This document shows, piece after piece, positions 11,501 to 19,444 of a stretch of 53,961 nt of DNA. The position numbers and the translations under genes are program-made. The notes beneath the pieces are model-generated. The model saw only the letters and a program-made list of their open reading frames with translations, was not told where the DNA came from and made no database searches. This DNA comes from Anaerolineales bacterium (GTDB taxonomy: Bacteria > Chloroflexota > Anaerolineae > Anaerolineales > RBG-16-64-43). Positions within the stretch are counted from its first letter, which is position 1, and every line of letters starts with the position of its first letter. The stretch covers positions 1 to 53,961 of the forward strand of contig JBAVFZ010000279.1 in NCBI GenBank assembly GCA_049684495.1, written 5' to 3'.

Positions 11501-12193
11501 GTGGATGATGATCCCGGCGTGCTGGAACTGCACGGCCAAATCGTCCGCGCCCAGTTCCCCCGGAACCGGGTCCTGCTGGCTTCCGGCGGCAGGGAAGCGC
11601 TCCGAATTCTGCAATCGGACCGCCCGGATCTGGTTCTGCTGGATCTGATGATGCCCGACCTGGACGGCTTCGGCGTGCTGGAAGCGATGCAAAAAATGGA
11701 AGCGGCGCGCCGGGTGCCGGTGATCATCCTGAGCGCCAAGACGCTGACCGAGGAGGAGATGTCGCGGCTCAACCGCGGCGTGGCGGCCGTTTTGCGCAAA
11801 GGGATGTTCTCCTCCGCCGAAACCCTCTCGCATGTAAAAGACGCGCTGATGCACCGCCAGAAGCTCAGCAGCGAGGGACAGCGCCTCACCCGCAAAGCGA
11901 TGGTCTACATCCACGAACATTACGCGGAATCCATCGGGCGCGAGGATGCGGCGCATTACGTCGGCGTCAGCGAAGGATATCTTTCGCGCTGTTTCACGCA
12001 GGAGACCGGACTTTCGCTCATTCAATATCTCGCCCGCTACCGGATTCAGCAGGCCAAGCAGCTGCTGGTTTCCGGCGACCTGTCGATCACCGACATTGCC
12101 GTGAAGGTCGGCTTCTCCGATGGAAATTACTTCAGCCGCGCGTTCCGCAAAGAAGTGGGGATGTCCCCCCTGGCCTACCGGCGCAAGCGCTAG
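8546..12193 (+). CDS. soluble hybrid two-component regulator: LacI-type periplasmic-binding-fold sugar sensor, GAF-like region, HisKA, HATPase, degenerate receiver, receiver, AraC/XylS HTH
   Basis: The N-terminal ~300 aa read as a LacI/RbsB ligand-binding core (VDNYDGMRAAVRHMIETHG..., ANDNIALAAMAELQSRGLRVPYDVVVCGFDD, TTVRQP). H-box SMVSHELRAPLN (His624, nt 10415-10417). LNLVNNAVKF / DTGLGI / GGLGLGLAI. Receiver ILIVDDDPG...DLVLLDLMMPDLDG (Asp1033, nt 11642-11644). C-terminal AraC HTH ...ITDIAVKVGFSDGNYFSRAFRKEVGMSP. I saw no signal peptide or TM-length hydrophobic stretch. Confidence 0.9.
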   Translation: MPAPAKMVRKSKSNGYPPRPRPTFGFTFNWGLPNPYSGPMWWGAVEVAEALDVDLIGFGDLDIYDLQPNRSLYRQLNPSTLDGLVLVNPSYTRFPHDMFRSLPVINIGCLMEDVVTSILVDNYDGMRAAVRHMIETHGCRRPAFIKGPAGNLDAEERYQAYADVLQSFGLAVNPDLLYQPLDWSSPGGKEGVRVLLDERGMQFDALIAANDNIALAAMAELQSRGLRVPYDVVVCGFDDSVEAPTSTPPLTTVRQPLKKMGRLALEALLAHHQGKSVPPKLILPTTLLLRHSCGCLSETVLHVGGGIPAVPPAEKTADPEDKTLACSLLEKRREILLEEVHRAMVLRDVPAFSQTAEEWLEALAASIKKEDNGVAFITTIDLTARRLMEQRIPVAKLQDVLSALRREGCRALADHPALLGGVENIWHRARVFLDELVLQQQSQMRVRLNEQMEVLRVISQTMAVTFHLDNLMDVLARDLKQLGIKSCVVALYDGVKRPAEWARLILVCDNGERLAVEGKRRFPTTQLLPADPWGEKQRTLVREELGFQSEEIGFVLFEVGPHDGAVYEALRNQLGSSIKGALLFDERDRLLTNTTQLYRQAAAGQRLAEEASRLKGRFLSMVSHELRAPLNLITGLSESMMKDAEGSKPLQDDTVKRVYVTAQHLDNLIRDVLDLARDETGELRLVCEPLDLAKALNPVAVVGEQLARERGLDWQAHVPADLPLIWGDPTRVRQVVLNLVNNAVKFSEKGGVRLWVEPGKDSITVSVSDTGLGIHPAEQEVIFEEFRQADRTTSRGYGGLGLGLAICKRLVEMHGGRIGVRSTGVEGEGATFFFSLPTLQAMSLGAESLSAVWILTTQPENAQRLKGYLTEQGFNAEIVFWDEDGQWLKRAIQTPPSAVVLNVHKTRRRGLEAMRALKAHPATNEITVLFYSLEMERDSGAILELDYLNKPVGAPELAKAIRRAGWAGSGAASDEAPSGNGAILIVDDDPGVLELHGQIVRAQFPRNRVLLASGGREALRILQSDRPDLVLLDLMMPDLDGFGVLEAMQKMEAARRVPVIILSAKTLTEEEMSRLNRGVAAVLRKGMFSSAETLSHVKDALMHRQKLSSEGQRLTRKAMVYIHEHYAESIGREDAAHYVGVSEGYLSRCFTQETGLSLIQYLARYRIQQAKQLLVSGDLSITDIAVKVGFSDGNYFSRAFRKEVGMSPLAYRRKR

Positions 12194-12404
12194 GAAAGCG
12201 GGCTTCGTCACCGGCGTGCTAATGCCGGACACAAAATTCCATGCAAGGTTCGACGCGTCCCCTCTATACTGTTCATTGAATTTATTCCATTTTGCAGCCC
12301 GAGGCCGCCGGATCCGACACCCGGCGCGCCCGGCCCCCCTGCTTCCTGGAGCATCCCCGTTTGGGCTTGTTCCATAACCGGGGAGGATGGCGCAACGGGG
12401 GAGC

Positions 12405-12449
12405 GGCGGGCTGCCGATGCGAATATTTCGCGAGCGGGGGCAGCCCGCC
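12405..12449. other. perfect 11-bp GC-rich stem (GGCGGGCTGCC / GGCAGCCCGCC) with a 23-nt loop containing a near-palindrome
   Basis: Read directly from the regulator-GH30 intergenic region. No U-run follows, so I do not call it a terminator. Confidence 0.4.
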
Positions 12450-12546
12450 CCGGCTCCGCCTCGCGGGCCGGAAGCGCCCGCGTGACAGCCCTTGTCGGTG
12501 TTTTCATCTCATACGATCCTTGTTGGCTTAAGAAGGGAAACTGTTC

Positions 12547-13896
12547 ATGCCCGCCGCGGTCACCGTAATCCGCACCGTTAAGAATTCAAAAGACCGGCTG
12601 TCCGAAAAAGAGCCGCTGGTTTTTCAAGAGCAAGAATTCGACACGCCCTCCGTGCTTTTGGATTCACAGCACCGGTTCCAGGTCATCGAAGGGTTCGGCG
12701 GCGCCTTCACCGAATCGGCGGCCGACACCTTCTATAAGCTGCCTCCGGACGCCCGCGCGGAGATACTCAAAGCCTATTTCCACCCATCGGCCGGCAACCG
12801 GTACACCCTCTGCCGCACCCATATCAACAGCTGCGATTTCTCGCTCGGGAATTACGCCTATTCGGAAGTGCCGGGCGATGTGGAGTTGAAGCATTTCTCC
12901 ATTGAACGCGACCGGCGCGTATTAATCCCGATGATCAAAGAGGCGGTGCGCACATCCGGGCAGCCGCTGAAGATTCTGGCCAGCCCTTGGAGTCCCCCGG
13001 CATGGATGAAAACCAACGGCCAGATGAATCGCGGCGGGAAACTCAAACCGGAATACCGCGAGGCATGGTCGCGGTATTTTGTGCGTTACCTGGAGGAATA
13101 TGCGCGGGAAGGCCTCTCCATTTGGGGAATCACCGTGCAGAACGAACCCCAGGCGGTTCAGGCATGGGAATCCTGCATATATTCCGCCGAGGAAGAACGC
13201 GATTTTGTGCGCGGGTATCTCGGCCCCGCGCTGGAAAACGCCGGATTATTGGGCCACCTCAAGCTGTTGATCTGGGACCACAACCGCGACCTCCTTTTCG
13301 AACGCGCCAAAGCGATCTACGACGATGCCGAGGCGTCGCGCTTTGTCTGGGGCGCCGCTTTCCATTGGTACATGGGCGATCATTTCCACAACGTCCAAGT
13401 CACGCACGACGCCTATCCCGAAAAACAGCTGCTTTTTTCCGAGGGTTGTGTGGAGGGCAGACAGCCGCCGGATGAATGGGAAATCGGCGAACGCTACGGG
13501 CGATCCATCCTGGAAGACCTCAATCACTGGGCGGCCGGCTGGATCGACTGGAATCTGCTGTTGGATCAGAGCGGCGGCCCGAACCATAAGTCTAATTTTT
13601 GCATCGCACCCCTGATGGCGGATACCGATAAAGGAACGCTGCAATACCATAGTTCCTACTATTATATTGGTCATCTCTCACGATTTGTCCGCCCCGGCGC
13701 CCGGCGGATCGTCAGCGCCTCAACCCTCGACGAGCTGGAAACCACCGCTTTTCTCAACGCGGACGGGCAGATTGCGGCAGTGGTGATGAACCGTTCCGAG
13801 AATTCCCATCGTTTTTCGCTTAAATACAACGGGCTGGCCGCTTTGGCGGATAGTCCGCCGCGCTCCATCAGTACGTATCTCCTCCACGAAGCGTAA
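12547..13896 (+). CDS. glycoside hydrolase family 30 (glucosylceramidase / beta-1,6-glucanase-like), cytoplasmic
   Basis: FGGAFTESAA, WSPPAWMKTNG, GITVQNEP (acid/base Glu) and LFSEGC (nucleophile Glu) are GH30-type motifs. No signal peptide. SD GAAGGGA upstream. Confidence 0.85.
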   Translation: MPAAVTVIRTVKNSKDRLSEKEPLVFQEQEFDTPSVLLDSQHRFQVIEGFGGAFTESAADTFYKLPPDARAEILKAYFHPSAGNRYTLCRTHINSCDFSLGNYAYSEVPGDVELKHFSIERDRRVLIPMIKEAVRTSGQPLKILASPWSPPAWMKTNGQMNRGGKLKPEYREAWSRYFVRYLEEYAREGLSIWGITVQNEPQAVQAWESCIYSAEEERDFVRGYLGPALENAGLLGHLKLLIWDHNRDLLFERAKAIYDDAEASRFVWGAAFHWYMGDHFHNVQVTHDAYPEKQLLFSEGCVEGRQPPDEWEIGERYGRSILEDLNHWAAGWIDWNLLLDQSGGPNHKSNFCIAPLMADTDKGTLQYHSSYYYIGHLSRFVRPGARRIVSASTLDELETTAFLNADGQIAAVVMNRSENSHRFSLKYNGLAALADSPPRSISTYLLHEA

Positions 13897-14033
13897 GGAA
13901 TTCGCCCTCCCGGAACCCGGCCCTTCGTTGGGTAATCCATCCCGCCTCGCCCGCAATTCCTCTGCAGGCGAAGGCGCCGGGGGAAGGATTCACGGTCCCA
14001 TCCCCCTTTCGATTAATTACAAACGTGCTAGTT

Positions 14034-14043
14034 TTGTGCACAA
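14034..14043. promoter_or_regulatory. perfect 10-bp palindrome TTGTGCACAA in the AT-rich patch upstream of the ABC operon
   Basis: Read directly. It lies in the only AT-rich stretch (about 14005-14100) of the 424-bp GH30-SBP intergenic region, near -10-like TAGATA and TAGAAT hexamers. Confidence 0.25.
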
Positions 14044-14320
14044 TTCTGCATGTCCCGGTAGATACGAGTCTCTAGAATGATATTGGCGTACTCCCGCTGA
14101 ATGCCACGGGAAGCAAAAAAACGGTTTACCGAGGATTCCCCTTATGCGTTCCCGCCTAATTCATCCTGCCTGCGCCCCGATCGCCTTCCGAACCCCCGAA
14201 TCCGGCCAGGCCCAAAGGAGGTGACAGTCGGAAAGAAGGGATGTGACACTCCCCTGTTTTTCGAAACACGGTACGCCTCACTGTCCAGATCCAACCATTT
14301 TATGAAGGAGAAGAAAATCC

Positions 14321-15787
14321 ATGCGTAACAAACAAATCTACGCTCTGTTTGCTTTGCTGGTCCTGGGCGTCCTGATCGCCGCCTGCGGGCCGGCCCCCGT
14401 TACGCCGACCGCCGCTGCGGGCGTCACCGAGGAAGCCCCCACCCTGGAGGCCCCCACGGAAGAACCCCAGCCCGTCGGCAAGGTTCAGGTGCGCTGGTTC
14501 GTAGGCCTGGGCGCCGGCACCGATGAGGGTACACTCGCCCCTCAGCAAGCCGTCGTGGACGCGTTCAACGCTTCGCAGGACAAAATTGAAGTAGTCCTCG
14601 AAATCGTCGACAACGACGTCGCCTTCGATACCCTGGCCACCCAGATCGCAGCCGGCAACGCCCCCGACATCGTCGGCCCGGTCGGTATCCGCGGCCGCGA
14701 CAGTTTCAAAGGCGCCTGGCTCGATCTGCAGCCCTTGATCGACAAGAACAATTACGACCTGAGCGATTTCGATCCCGCGATGGTGAAATTTTATCAAGTC
14801 AAAGAGGAAGGGCAGCTTGGCCTTCCGTTCGGGATCTACCCGTCGTTCGTGCTCTACAACGCGGACTTGTTCGATGAAGCCGGACTGAATTACCCGCCCG
14901 CCAAATACGGCGATCCGTATGTTTGGCCGGATGGCAGGGAATCCGAATGGAACATGGACACTCTGCGCGAAGTGTCGATGAAACTGACGACCGACAGCAA
15001 CGGCAACGACGCCACCAGCGCGAAATTCGACAACCAAAAGATCACCCAGTTCGGTTGGCAGAACCTGTGGACCGATTTCCGCGGAATTGGCACTTTCTTT
15101 GGCGCCGGTTCCATCGTGGCCGATGACGGCAAAACGGCCCAGATCCCGGACACGTGGGAAGCCGCGTGGAAGTGGACCTATAACGGCATGTGGAAAGACT
15201 GGTTCATCCCCAACGGCCCCTACGGCGCTGCCGACTTCCTGCAGGGCCCCGGCGGTTCGTTCTCGTCCGGCAACCTGGCCATGATCCACATCCACACCTG
15301 GTACGTGGCTCCCTGGGCGCTTGGAGCCGTCAAATTCAACTGGAACCTTGCCGCCACGCCTTCCTATAATGGCAAGGTGACCTCCAAGATGCACGCCGAC
15401 ACCTTCTGCATCCCGAAGGGGAGTAAGAATCCGGACGCCGCCTTCGCGGTGTTGTCGTACTTCCTCAGCGCGGAAGTTTCCGGCGATCTGTCCTCGATCT
15501 ACGGCGGCATGCCGGCCCGTCTTTCTCTGCAGGGCGATTACTTCACCAAATTCACCGAGAAAAACTTCCCCGGCAAGGTTATCAACTGGGATGTCGCGGT
15601 GGCCAGCATCGCCTTTGCGGATATTCCCAACCATGAAAGCTGGATGCCCGCCTTCCAGGAAACCACCGATAAATACACCGAATTCGTGAACACCTGGACG
15701 AATACTCCAGGCCTGGATATGCCCGCCGAATTCGTCAAGTTGAAGGACGCACTCCAGGCAATTTTCGACGCTGCCCTCGCCAAGTAA
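14321..15787 (+). CDS. ABC sugar transporter solute-binding lipoprotein (family 1 / CUT1)
   Basis: Signal peptide with lipobox LIAAC|G, a Pro/Thr/Glu linker, then an SBP_bac_1-like body. SD GAAGGAG upstream. Confidence 0.9.
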   Translation: MRNKQIYALFALLVLGVLIAACGPAPVTPTAAAGVTEEAPTLEAPTEEPQPVGKVQVRWFVGLGAGTDEGTLAPQQAVVDAFNASQDKIEVVLEIVDNDVAFDTLATQIAAGNAPDIVGPVGIRGRDSFKGAWLDLQPLIDKNNYDLSDFDPAMVKFYQVKEEGQLGLPFGIYPSFVLYNADLFDEAGLNYPPAKYGDPYVWPDGRESEWNMDTLREVSMKLTTDSNGNDATSAKFDNQKITQFGWQNLWTDFRGIGTFFGAGSIVADDGKTAQIPDTWEAAWKWTYNGMWKDWFIPNGPYGAADFLQGPGGSFSSGNLAMIHIHTWYVAPWALGAVKFNWNLAATPSYNGKVTSKMHADTFCIPKGSKNPDAAFAVLSYFLSAEVSGDLSSIYGGMPARLSLQGDYFTKFTEKNFPGKVINWDVAVASIAFADIPNHESWMPAFQETTDKYTEFVNTWTNTPGLDMPAEFVKLKDALQAIFDAALAK

Positions 15788-15806
15788 TAGTTTAACTTCT
15801 CCACTC

Positions 15807-15846
15807 TTGGGTTCAGCCTGGCCCGCCCGGGCCAGGCTGAACCCAA
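15807..15846 (+). promoter_or_regulatory. intercistronic 40-bp perfect palindrome (19-bp arms) between the SBP and permease genes
   Basis: TTGGGTTCAGCCTGGCCCG (15807-15825) is the exact reverse complement of 15828-15846. It is followed by AAAAAGG, not a U-run. Confidence 0.6.
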
Positions 15847-15852
15847 AAAGGA

Positions 15853-16848
15853 ATGACGGAATTGACTATCCTAGGCGGACTCCAAGAGCTGCCCCCGATC
15901 CGGAAAAAATTCGGCGGGAAGATGACCCGTCTCCAGAAGAAGGAAGCCCTCTGGGGTTTGTTGTTCCTCTCGCCATGGATGATCGGCTTCCTATTCCTGT
16001 ACTTGTTCCCGATGCTGGCCTCCTTCGTGTTCTCTCTATTCGATTTCAACCCGGCGGTCCCCGATCAGGCGAAGTTCCTCGGCCTGGGAAACTGGACTCG
16101 CGCCTTATTCAACGATCCGGAAGTCGGCTTGTCTTTCATCCGGACCCTCCGCTTTTCCGCGATTTCGCTTCCCGTCGGGCTGGCCTTTGCCCTGTTCCTG
16201 GCCATCCTGTTGAATTCGAAGAACATCGTCGGGAAGAAGCTCTACCGCACGCTGTTCTACATGCCCTCCATGATCCCGCTGGTTGCCACGGTGCTGATTT
16301 GGAACGGCGTGCTGAACGAGCAAACCGGCTGGATCAATGTCATCATCGAACGGCTGACCGGCATCCATGCGACCGGCACCCAGGGTTTGCGCTGGCTGGC
16401 GGATCCCAACCTGGTCTATTATGCCTATACCATGTTCGGCCTCTGGGGGGTCGGGCCGGCGCTGATCATCTTCCTGGCCGGCCTGCAGAGTGTGCCAACC
16501 GAACTCTACGAAGCCGCCGAGGTCGACGGCGCTTCCTGGTTCCAGCGTTTGTTCAGCATCACCCTCCCGATGATCACGCCGGTTATTTTTTTCCAGCTTG
16601 TCCTGGGGGTGATCGGCTCGCTGCAATACTTCCTCGCCCCCTTTGTCCTCAACCGCGGCACCGGTTTCCCCGAAGGCATGACCCGCTTCTACATGGTGTA
16701 TTTTTACAAGCAATCGTTTACGTTTTTCAACATGGGCTACGGCGCCACGCTGGCATGGATTATGTTCATCGTTGCCACCATCCTGACCATCATCCTTTTC
16801 GGGACGGCGAAATACTGGGTGTATTATGCCGCGGAGGATAAACAATGA
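15853..16848 (+). CDS. ABC sugar permease (MalF/UgpA-type)
   Basis: Six TM helices and the EAA loop YEAAEVDGASWFQRLFSITLP. An alternative, perhaps better, start is the ATG at 15922 (MTRLQKKEALWGLLFLSPW). Confidence 0.9.
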   Translation: MTELTILGGLQELPPIRKKFGGKMTRLQKKEALWGLLFLSPWMIGFLFLYLFPMLASFVFSLFDFNPAVPDQAKFLGLGNWTRALFNDPEVGLSFIRTLRFSAISLPVGLAFALFLAILLNSKNIVGKKLYRTLFYMPSMIPLVATVLIWNGVLNEQTGWINVIIERLTGIHATGTQGLRWLADPNLVYYAYTMFGLWGVGPALIIFLAGLQSVPTELYEAAEVDGASWFQRLFSITLPMITPVIFFQLVLGVIGSLQYFLAPFVLNRGTGFPEGMTRFYMVYFYKQSFTFFNMGYGATLAWIMFIVATILTIILFGTAKYWVYYAAEDKQ

Positions 16849-17921
16849 CTGCGCTCACCGGAACGCCCCCCGCCGCCCGTAAAAGATTGCTGTCCCGCAA
16901 AGCCCGGACCATCATCGCTTCGATTTTATTGACGGGCCTGGCCTTGGTGGTCCTGTTTCTCTTCCTCATCCCGATGGTCTACGGCATTGTCACCTCATTG
17001 AAAACCGACAGTCAGTTTTCGAAGACCGGCGCTCCCTGGTGGCCTGCCACGGAAGCCAAGTTCAACTATCAGGGCACGGATTACGAAATCTACCTCGTCC
17101 CGATCAACGGCGAGACTCGGCCCATGGCCCTGGTGGAAAAAGGGCGCACTTCCAGCGTTCTTGTCGATCCCGCCAATCCCTCCGCCGGATTGATAAATTG
17201 GGAAGGCCAATGGCGGCAGCTGGAACGGGTCTGGGAATCGGATCCGCAATGGAGCAATTTTTCCGACGCCTGGACAAAGATCAAATTTCCAACCCTGTTG
17301 TTCAACACGTTGGTTTACGCCATCATCACCACCTTCGGCACCGTCCTCTCGGCGTCCCTGGTGGCGTATGGGTTTGCCCGGTTTCGCATTCCAAGAAAAG
17401 ACATCCTCTTCATCCTCATGCTTTCCACGGTCATCCTGCCCAGCGCGGTCACCCTGATTCCCTCTTACTTCGTTTGGCTGCGATTGGGATTGGTGGGAAC
17501 ATGGCTGCCGCTGATCATCCCGGCCTTCTTCTCCTGGGGCACGAATGTCTTCCTGCTGCGGCAGTTCTTCATGACCATTCCGCGCGAACTGGACGAGGCG
17601 GCCATGATAGACGGCGCCAACCCGATCCGCGTCTTCCTTTCGATCATCCTCCCGCAATCGACCTCGGCCCTTACCGCCGTGGCGTTGTTCCACTTCTTTT
17701 ATGCCTGGAACGACTTCTTCGGCCCCATGATCTATCTGGCCGGGCATCCCGATAAATTCCCCATCACCGTCGGCTTGACCGCCTTCAACAGCCTGTATTC
17801 GCAGTCCTTCAATCTGATCCAGGCCTCTTCCCTGGTCTCGGCGGTAATTCCGGTGCTGGTATTCTTCTTCGCCCAGCGCGCCTTTATGCAAGGTGTGGTG
17901 ATCACCGGCGTTGAAAAGTAA
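16845..17921 (+). CDS. ABC sugar permease (MalG/UgpE-type) with enlarged first extracytoplasmic loop
   Basis: EAA loop DEAAMIDGANPIRVFLSIILP. ATGA overlap with the upstream permease gene. Confidence 0.9.
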   Translation: MTALTGTPPAARKRLLSRKARTIIASILLTGLALVVLFLFLIPMVYGIVTSLKTDSQFSKTGAPWWPATEAKFNYQGTDYEIYLVPINGETRPMALVEKGRTSSVLVDPANPSAGLINWEGQWRQLERVWESDPQWSNFSDAWTKIKFPTLLFNTLVYAIITTFGTVLSASLVAYGFARFRIPRKDILFILMLSTVILPSAVTLIPSYFVWLRLGLVGTWLPLIIPAFFSWGTNVFLLRQFFMTIPRELDEAAMIDGANPIRVFLSIILPQSTSALTAVALFHFFYAWNDFFGPMIYLAGHPDKFPITVGLTAFNSLYSQSFNLIQASSLVSAVIPVLVFFFAQRAFMQGVVITGVEK

Positions 17922-17949
17922 CACCTTTCTCCTCAGAGAAGGACTCTCC

Positions 17950-19155
17950 ATGCCGGATCTGCGCCGTCGCCGTTGGATACTCTTCTGCGCATGGGGAGTC
18001 CTTCTCCTCCTCCCGTCTTCCTGCAAACCCGCCGTTGAAAAAACCTCCACGCCCACTGCGGCGCCGTCCGCCACCCCGACACCCGAAGGGATGCGTTCCG
18101 GCTGGAATTTGATCTGGCAGGATGAATTCGCAGGAGGGGCGATCGATCCCGCCAATTGGACCTTCGACATCGGCGGCGGCGGCTGGGGTAATAGTGAACG
18201 GGAGTACTACACCGACCGCCCTGAGAATGCGCGCGTCGAGGGCGGAATGCTGATCATAGAAGCGCGCGCGGAGAAATTCTCCCATCGCGATTACACCTCG
18301 GCCCGCCTGAAGACCCAGGGGTTGCGTGCGTTCACCTATGGCCGAATCGAAGCCCGCATGCAGCTCCCATTTGGGAAAGGGATCTGGCCGGCATTCTGGA
18401 TGCTGGGGACGGACATCGACCAGGAAAGCTGGCCGGGCTGCGGTGAAATCGATATCATGGAGCATATCGGCCGCGAACCCGCCCGAATTTATGCAACCGC
18501 GCACGGGCCGGGGTACTCTGCGGGAGGCGGAGTGGGAACCCATTTCGACCTCCCGGAAGGAACGCTGTCGAATGCTTTCCATGTTTATGCCATTGAATGG
18601 GAGCCCGAAGAGATCCGCTGGTATGTGGATAACGACCAATACTTCAGCATCAATCCGGGACAGGTGTCCGGGGAATGGGTTTTCCAACATCCCTTCTTCA
18701 TCATCATCAACCTGGCGGTCGGCGGTACCTGGCCCGGCTATCCGGACGAGACCACCATCTTCCCGCAATTTCTGCGGGTGGATTACGTCCGGGCCTATCA
18801 GCGACCCGGAGAAGCCGGAGAGAACCAGACCTCGCCCGGTGTCATGCATTTGGGAGAGATCGCGCTCACGGCCCGGGAGAACGAGGACGGCACGTGGCAG
18901 GCGATCGCGGATATCACTGTTGTGGACGAGAACGGCAATCCGGTGGAAGGGGCGTATGTCGACGGCGGCTGGGTCGGGGCTGTCATCCGCGGCGAGACCA
19001 AGGCTCAGACCGATTCCTCCGGGACGGTCCGGCTGGTTTCCGCCCCCATCATCGGATCCGGCGAAGAGACGTTCTGCGTCACCGGCGTGAATCACGACCG
19101 GTATACCTACGATAAAACCGCCAACGCCCGTAATTGCGGCACGGTCAAGCATTAA
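17950..19155 (+). CDS. secreted GH16 endo-beta-1,3(-1,4)-glucanase (laminarinase-like) with a C-terminal beta-sandwich-like domain
   Basis: Catalytic ExDxxE motif GEIDIMEH (Glu codons 18445-18447 and 18460-18462). N-terminus MPDLRRRRWILFCAWGVLLLLPSSC looks like a signal or lipoprotein peptide. I preferred the ATG at 17950 with SD GAGAAGGA over the track's TTG at 17911. Confidence 0.9.
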   Translation: MPDLRRRRWILFCAWGVLLLLPSSCKPAVEKTSTPTAAPSATPTPEGMRSGWNLIWQDEFAGGAIDPANWTFDIGGGGWGNSEREYYTDRPENARVEGGMLIIEARAEKFSHRDYTSARLKTQGLRAFTYGRIEARMQLPFGKGIWPAFWMLGTDIDQESWPGCGEIDIMEHIGREPARIYATAHGPGYSAGGGVGTHFDLPEGTLSNAFHVYAIEWEPEEIRWYVDNDQYFSINPGQVSGEWVFQHPFFIIINLAVGGTWPGYPDETTIFPQFLRVDYVRAYQRPGEAGENQTSPGVMHLGEIALTARENEDGTWQAIADITVVDENGNPVEGAYVDGGWVGAVIRGETKAQTDSSGTVRLVSAPIIGSGEETFCVTGVNHDRYTYDKTANARNCGTVKH

Positions 19156-19444
19156 TTCCCTATTGAGATGGCAGACGCCGTCCATAACGGACTGAGGAAA
19201 GAAGCACAACCACGGACCGCTTTCCCGCCTTATGGATTCCAAATGCGCATTTCAAGCAACTCCTATAAACCCTGGCCGGCTCCGGCGGCGCGGCCGGATG
19301 CGGGGGATCGCTCTTCCCGTTTGGGTGCGGGCGGGAGGTCGGGAAATTCCCGCCGGCGGGATCCGCATGCCTATGAGGGATGACGGGTGAGGGGTAGAAT
19401 CCCGCCGGTTGCCCGGCATGCATCCTCCGGCGCGGAAGAGGATT

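Noticed and set aside
15538-16841. Mirror-image ORFs starting MGSAWP(A/G)RARLNP on both strands (15807..16841 plus, 15538..15846 minus).
   Set aside because: Both start inside the perfect 40-bp palindrome. The plus-strand one is out of frame with the convincing permease gene, and the minus-strand one is antisense to the SBP gene.
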